Origin: Piromyces finnis finn
Lineage: Eukaryota > Fungi > Neocallimastigomycota
NCBI GenBank assembly: GCA_002104945.1
Contig: MCFH01000015.1
Coordinates: 847,806-911,805, forward strand
Direction: 5' to 3'
DNA: 64,000 bases
Shown: piece after piece, positions 59,324-64,000 of the stretch
How positions within the stretch are numbered: position 1 is the stretch's first letter
Layout of the letters: each line of letters opens with the position of its first letter
The notes under the pieces: model-generated
Seen by the model: only the letters and a program-made list of their open reading frames with translations
What the model was told of the DNA's origin: nothing
Databases searched by the model: none
Translations under genes and position numbers: made by a program

Positions 59324-62300
59324 CTACTCCGTTGCTGAGTTATATTTAACGACATTTTTGAAATGTACATTTCTGTTCATTAGTACTCCAGTTTCTGGGT
59401 CTGCTAAGACTACTGTATTGAACTGTTTCTGGACCACTTTGAGAGGTCCTACAAAGTAAGGTTCCAATTTTGTTCTACTGAAGTTTCTTACCAAAACTAG
59501 GTCACCTACTTTTATTTTCTTAGCTTGGTTCATACTTAATTTTTCTTCTCTTCTCATAGACCAATATTTATTAGCCGTCTTTACATTTTCAGCAGCTTCT
59601 AGGGTCCATCGGTAGCGATTTATAAACTTTTCCAAAAGAATTTCATCGGAACTCTTGTTTTGATCTTTAGTGGGTCGGGCAGCTATATCAAAAGGTTGTT
59701 GGTCTTCCCTACCATAAACTAGCTCAAAACTTGAATGTTTCGTAGCCGTATTCTTTGTAGTTCTTAAGGCCCAAAGCGCGGAAGGTAGAACTTCATCCCA
59801 GTCTTTACTTTCTTTCCCTAAAAGTCTTAAAAGTTTCCCAATTTCCTTATTTCGGTTTTCTGTTAATCCATTACTTTCAGGGTGGTAGGGAACTGTGAAC
59901 TTCACATATACGTCATATAGGTCTAGAAATATCTTTGTCATATCTGAGGTAAATTGAGTTCCATTATCTGTAGTAATAACTTGTGGTACCCCATGTCTTG
60001 CAAACACATTTATTAAAAACTTTATCACGTCCAGAGAAGTAACAGTTTCCACCGCTTCGGCTTCTACCCATTTAGTAAAATAGTCAACTATGACTATTAT
60101 ATATTGTTTACTATTTTTTGTCTTAGGTAATGGCCCAATAATATCCAAACCTAGATGTACAAATGGTCCTTCCACTTTAGTAGCTTTGTCCTCAGTTGGT
60201 TCTGGATAAGGTTGTGGTCTATTTACTTGACACTTCTCACACTTGCTAATAATTCTTTTAATATCCGCTATCATATCATTCCAATAATAATTTTTCTTTA
60301 ACCTTTGATAAGTCTTATAATAACCTTCATGACCTACGTTATGTGCTTGAAATATTAACTTTACTTTTTCTTCTACAGTAGATATTAGCTGACGTAAGTT
60401 ATTACCATCTACGAAATAGTCTTTCCCATCTATGGTAGTAAATTTTTCAGCTATAAACTCCTTAATAACTTTGGTTAATAACTCTTCATTATTAGTTTTA
60501 TTAATTTTTGTTACCAGTATCTTTTTCTCCTCTTTATTCTTCATTCTTGATAATGCATCAGCTATAACATTATTCTTTCCTTTATCATATTGAATATCAA
60601 TATCCAACTGACTTACTGTAAGACACCATCTGTTGTGACGTGCACTATTTGGTTCCTTATTTTTAAATAAACCCAAAAGTGGTTTATGGTCCGTATAAAC
60701 CATAGTAGTGTACGGGTTTCCTAAAATATAAGGTTTTAACTTACTCACGCAAAAGAATAACGCAGCACCTTCTAACTCTGTTATTCCATAGTTCTTCTCC
60801 GCTTTACTAAGACTTCGACTAATATAATGTACAGGGTGTTCTATTTTGTTAGTTTCATCTTCTTGTAATAAAACACCACCCACTCCTTCATACGACGCGT
60901 CCGTACGTATGATAAAAGGCTTATCAAATTCAGGAAACTTTAAAATGGGAGCGTTTATCAGTTTTTCTTTTAATACTTTAAATGCTTTTTCATGTTTTTC
61001 TTCCCATTTATATCGTACATTTTTCTTTAATAACTCACATAAGGGCGCGGTTACTTGAGAATAATTAGGAATAAAATTTCGATAATATCCTACTGCACCC
61101 AAAAACGAACGTAACTCATGAATATTTCCTGGAGCTTCCCACTTCCTTATGGCTTCTATTTTACTTTCCAAAGGACTCAAACCTTTAGTAGATAACCTGT
61201 GACCTAATACATTTACTTCCTCCTTCATAAAACTACATTTCTCAAGATTTATTTTTAATTCATTTTCTTTCAATATTTCAAATACTCTCTTAATATGTTC
61301 CATGTGTTCTTCCACACTCTTGGAATATATGAGTACATCATCAATAAAATTATATACACAATTTCCTATTAAAGGAAATAATATCTTATTCATTTCCCTC
61401 TGAAAAGTTGCTGGTGCATTAGTTAACCCAAACGGCATGACCTTAAACTGATAGTTACCAAACTTGGTAGTAAAACTAGTAACCTCAGTGCTTTCCTCAT
61501 GCATAGAAATTTGATGATAACCTGAATATAAGTCCATAGTAGTGAATATTTTGGCTCCGTTCAGACTATCAAATATTTCATCAATATAGGGGAGTGAATA
61601 AGAGTCCTTTTCCGTGAGGTCGTTCACTCTCCTATAGTCCACACACATTCTCCACTTACCATTATGTTTTGGAACCAGAACTACAGGGGAGGACCATTCT
61701 GAATAGGACGGCTCTATTAACTTTTTTTCTATTAGCTTAGTTAACTCTTCTTTTAGTATATCTGATTTAAATTTAGTTAACCTATAAGCTCTTTGTTTAA
61801 CTGGTTTTACACCAGCCTTTAGATTTATTTTATGTGGTGATAATTTAGAAGGCGTTAATTCCTCAGAAGACGTCGCAATAATCTCTAAGTTTTCTTCCAA
61901 AAGTCGGAGTATTTCTTTCCGTTTATCTTTTGGTAAGGTGTTCAAGAATATCTCATTGTGTATATACTCCTGAGGTGGTAAACCTTCAATAGACTTCAAG
62001 CTTTTAGTATCTCCATCTGGTATCTTCTTAATAGTACATACCAATTTTCCTTCATTATAATATTGGTTATTGATAGGTACTATTTCTTCTACTACACCTC
62101 TTTCTTTCACTTGACATAAGCTCTTGGTTACTGGATTTATATATAATAAATTATCTACTTGAGTTTTATAATTTATTAACATATCATAGAACGGTTCTTC
62201 TTTTTCAAGTATTCTGAAGTCAACCACTAGTTCTACCTCTCCTATTCTAACTGGTATACGCACCACAGTACCCTCAGAGTATTCTTCATCAGTAGTAGCT

Positions 62301-62443
62301 AGTCGAATACGTCCTTTGCTTATTCCTACCACTTCATATTCCTTTGGTAGTCTTTTGTAAAAAGAAGATGTAATAACATTTAAGTTACTACACGTATCCA
62401 CCAGTAGTTTTCCTGGTATTCCATCCACAGTCGCATCCACCAT
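59324..62443 (-). CDS. H Pol (protease, RT, RNase H, integrase)
   Basis: LVDTCS; MDLYSGY, FIDD; RTDAS; HNVGH..CEKC; LDIIGP, TDNG, PESNG; YFVGP. No chromodomain. Confidence 0.92.
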   Translation of the reverse strand: MVDATVDGIPGKLLVDTCSNLNVITSSFYKRLPKEYEVVGISKGRIRLATTDEEYSEGTVVRIPVRIGEVELVVDFRILEKEEPFYDMLINYKTQVDNLLYINPVTKSLCQVKERGVVEEIVPINNQYYNEGKLVCTIKKIPDGDTKSLKSIEGLPPQEYIHNEIFLNTLPKDKRKEILRLLEENLEIIATSSEELTPSKLSPHKINLKAGVKPVKQRAYRLTKFKSDILKEELTKLIEKKLIEPSYSEWSSPVVLVPKHNGKWRMCVDYRRVNDLTEKDSYSLPYIDEIFDSLNGAKIFTTMDLYSGYHQISMHEESTEVTSFTTKFGNYQFKVMPFGLTNAPATFQREMNKILFPLIGNCVYNFIDDVLIYSKSVEEHMEHIKRVFEILKENELKINLEKCSFMKEEVNVLGHRLSTKGLSPLESKIEAIRKWEAPGNIHELRSFLGAVGYYRNFIPNYSQVTAPLCELLKKNVRYKWEEKHEKAFKVLKEKLINAPILKFPEFDKPFIIRTDASYEGVGGVLLQEDETNKIEHPVHYISRSLSKAEKNYGITELEGAALFFCVSKLKPYILGNPYTTMVYTDHKPLLGLFKNKEPNSARHNRWCLTVSQLDIDIQYDKGKNNVIADALSRMKNKEEKKILVTKINKTNNEELLTKVIKEFIAEKFTTIDGKDYFVDGNNLRQLISTVEEKVKLIFQAHNVGHEGYYKTYQRLKKNYYWNDMIADIKRIISKCEKCQVNRPQPYPEPTEDKATKVEGPFVHLGLDIIGPLPKTKNSKQYIIVIVDYFTKWVEAEAVETVTSLDVIKFLINVFARHGVPQVITTDNGTQFTSDMTKIFLDLYDVYVKFTVPYHPESNGLTENRNKEIGKLLRLLGKESKDWDEVLPSALWALRTTKNTATKHSSFELVYGREDQQPFDIAARPTKDQNKSSDEILLEKFINRYRWTLEAAENVKTANKYWSMRREEKLSMNQAKKIKVGDLVLVRNFSRTKLEPYFVGPLKVVQKQFNTVVLADPETGVLMNRNVHFKNVVKYNSATE

Positions 62444-63991
62444 TGCTATATCCTCTTCTGAAGCTTCATTATTCTTACTTATATAGTCATGGTAGATATT
62501 ATTTAATAAGGTTGTAGTAGCTACTATGTTATTTAATGCACCTGATACCTTGCTTTGTACTTTCTCTAACTTTAGTCCTTGGGAAAGTTGTGTTCTTATT
62601 TTTGGGCATACATTAAATAACTGTCCATAAGTAATATCACATTTAGCTGTGTTAAATCTTCAAAAATATCATAATCACTGGTATCACCTCTCATTTGGAT
62701 ATTACGTGTGACTTTCTCCTCTTTAGTTTATCTTTTTCTTTATCTTTAGTCATTTTCAATAACGTCGGTAGAATATCTGTATTTTTCTTTTTAGCTTTTC
62801 TACTTCTACTTTATCTTCCGTATCAATACTGACCTCCATATCTTCGTTTTCTTCTCTTTCGTCTTTATTTATGGGGGTTGGTGGTTTACTTCTTTGTTTT
62901 CTCTGATCTTTTACTTTTTTCTTTTTCCTTGTTAATATTAGGTTGACTCAGAACAGACGTGTCAAGTTTGGTTCTTGGGTTGTGATGGTGAACCTGATTC
63001 TAAACTCTCATTACTGAGTTCACGTTCTTGTTGCTTCCTAGTAGCAGGGGTAACTATTGGTCTTGGGTCTTCTTTTAATGATTTTTGTACTCTTTTCTTG
63101 GAAGAGTCTTCTTCATCATTAGCTTTTCTTTTAGCTCAGCAATAATTTTATCTTCAATAGAAGATATTTCTTCATTATCTGATAAGTCAGAATACTCAGA
63201 ATATTCAGAGTACTCATTATTATCAACTGAACTGTTATTAAGTGAAGCTATTTTTGGATTACTGGGAGTGCTTCTTCCCCACTATCTAATTTAAATGCCT
63301 TTTCTGGCCTTTTGTTTGTTTTCTTCTACTATGGCACTCACTTAGGACAATGATATTGAAAGTGTCCCTTCTCGTTGCAAAAGTAGCAAGTTTTGATAGT
63401 TAAGTTTCTCATTTTCTCCGTCAACTCATTCATGGACTTTCTTATCATTACCATAATTCGCTATTGTTGGCTTCTGTCCTTTCATAGCTTTCTTCTTTTC
63501 TTTCATATTTATTTTTATATCTTTTATCAGAGTTAGAAGAGTGGATACATCATAATTGTTAGCTTTATGACGATTTCTTAAATTAGTCTGTCCCCATCTT
63601 CGGCAAGCTTGTAGGCTTCTGCTAAGGTAACTTCTTTTTCCCTACGCACATTTTCCCAGGCTTTATAGTTAGGCTCAATGGAATCTAAGTAATCTTCAAC
63701 ATCTACTTTCCTTCTACGCTTCTTGTCTAGTTTGACATACAAGGAACGGTACCTTATGTTGAAGTCTTTTACTTTTTCATTCTTTTTGATTCGCATATCC
63801 CTAAGCTCCTTGAGAAGTTCTATTTGATCTTCCTTTACTCCATAAAATTCTTCTAACATAGTGACTATCTTTTTAAGGGAAGGGTAGTGAGCTCTTCTCT
63901 TTCCTCTACCTTCATCTTCTTCATCACTATCTTCACTGTCTTCATCACTTTCGAAGTCCTTATTAGGATTCAACTCTTGAATAAGTTTCAT
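62444..63991 (-). pseudogene. H gag region, fragmented
   Basis: Gag-like ORF 63578-63991; CYFCNEKGHFQYHC knuckle near 63350-63395 followed by a stop; no continuous frame to pol. Confidence 0.75.
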
Positions 63992-64000
63992 TTGGTGTTC

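Larger units (their letters stand above)
58440..64000 (-). mobile_element. Element H: partial non-chromodomain Ty3/gypsy element
   Basis: 3' LTR remnant 58440-59299, PPT-like AACGAAGGGCA, pol ORF, decayed gag; runs off the window. Confidence 0.88.

Noticed and set aside
1068-63294. Short ORFs of 60-125 aa in the ORF track (e.g. 18546-18785, 27581-27955, 56977-57465)
   Set aside because: They are antisense or off-frame shadows of long ORFs or low-complexity UTR, with no motifs.

Overview
Extremely AT-rich eukaryotic DNA with no recognisable host gene. Composition and element types suggest an anaerobic gut fungus (Neocallimastigomycota), which is inference only. The window is almost entirely Ty3/gypsy LTR retrotransposons and solo LTRs; labels A-K are mine. 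A (277-7157) and E (47289-53545) look intact and young, and several elements show Tf1-type self-priming sites. A nest C>D>F>E stacks its outer termini within 65 bp at 58373-58437, and a partial non-chromovirus element H runs off the right end. The standout is element B (10429-28805). (i) Its polyprotein carries a second, foreign RT-RNase H module in frame. (ii) Its 3' UTR holds a linearised CRESS ssDNA virus bounded by a perfect 45-bp inverted repeat, with an uninterrupted capsid ORF and a frameshifted gemini/genomovirus-like Rep. (iii) That Rep is split by an integrase-less Gag-PR-RT-RH retroelement (K) of the same family as the foreign module.
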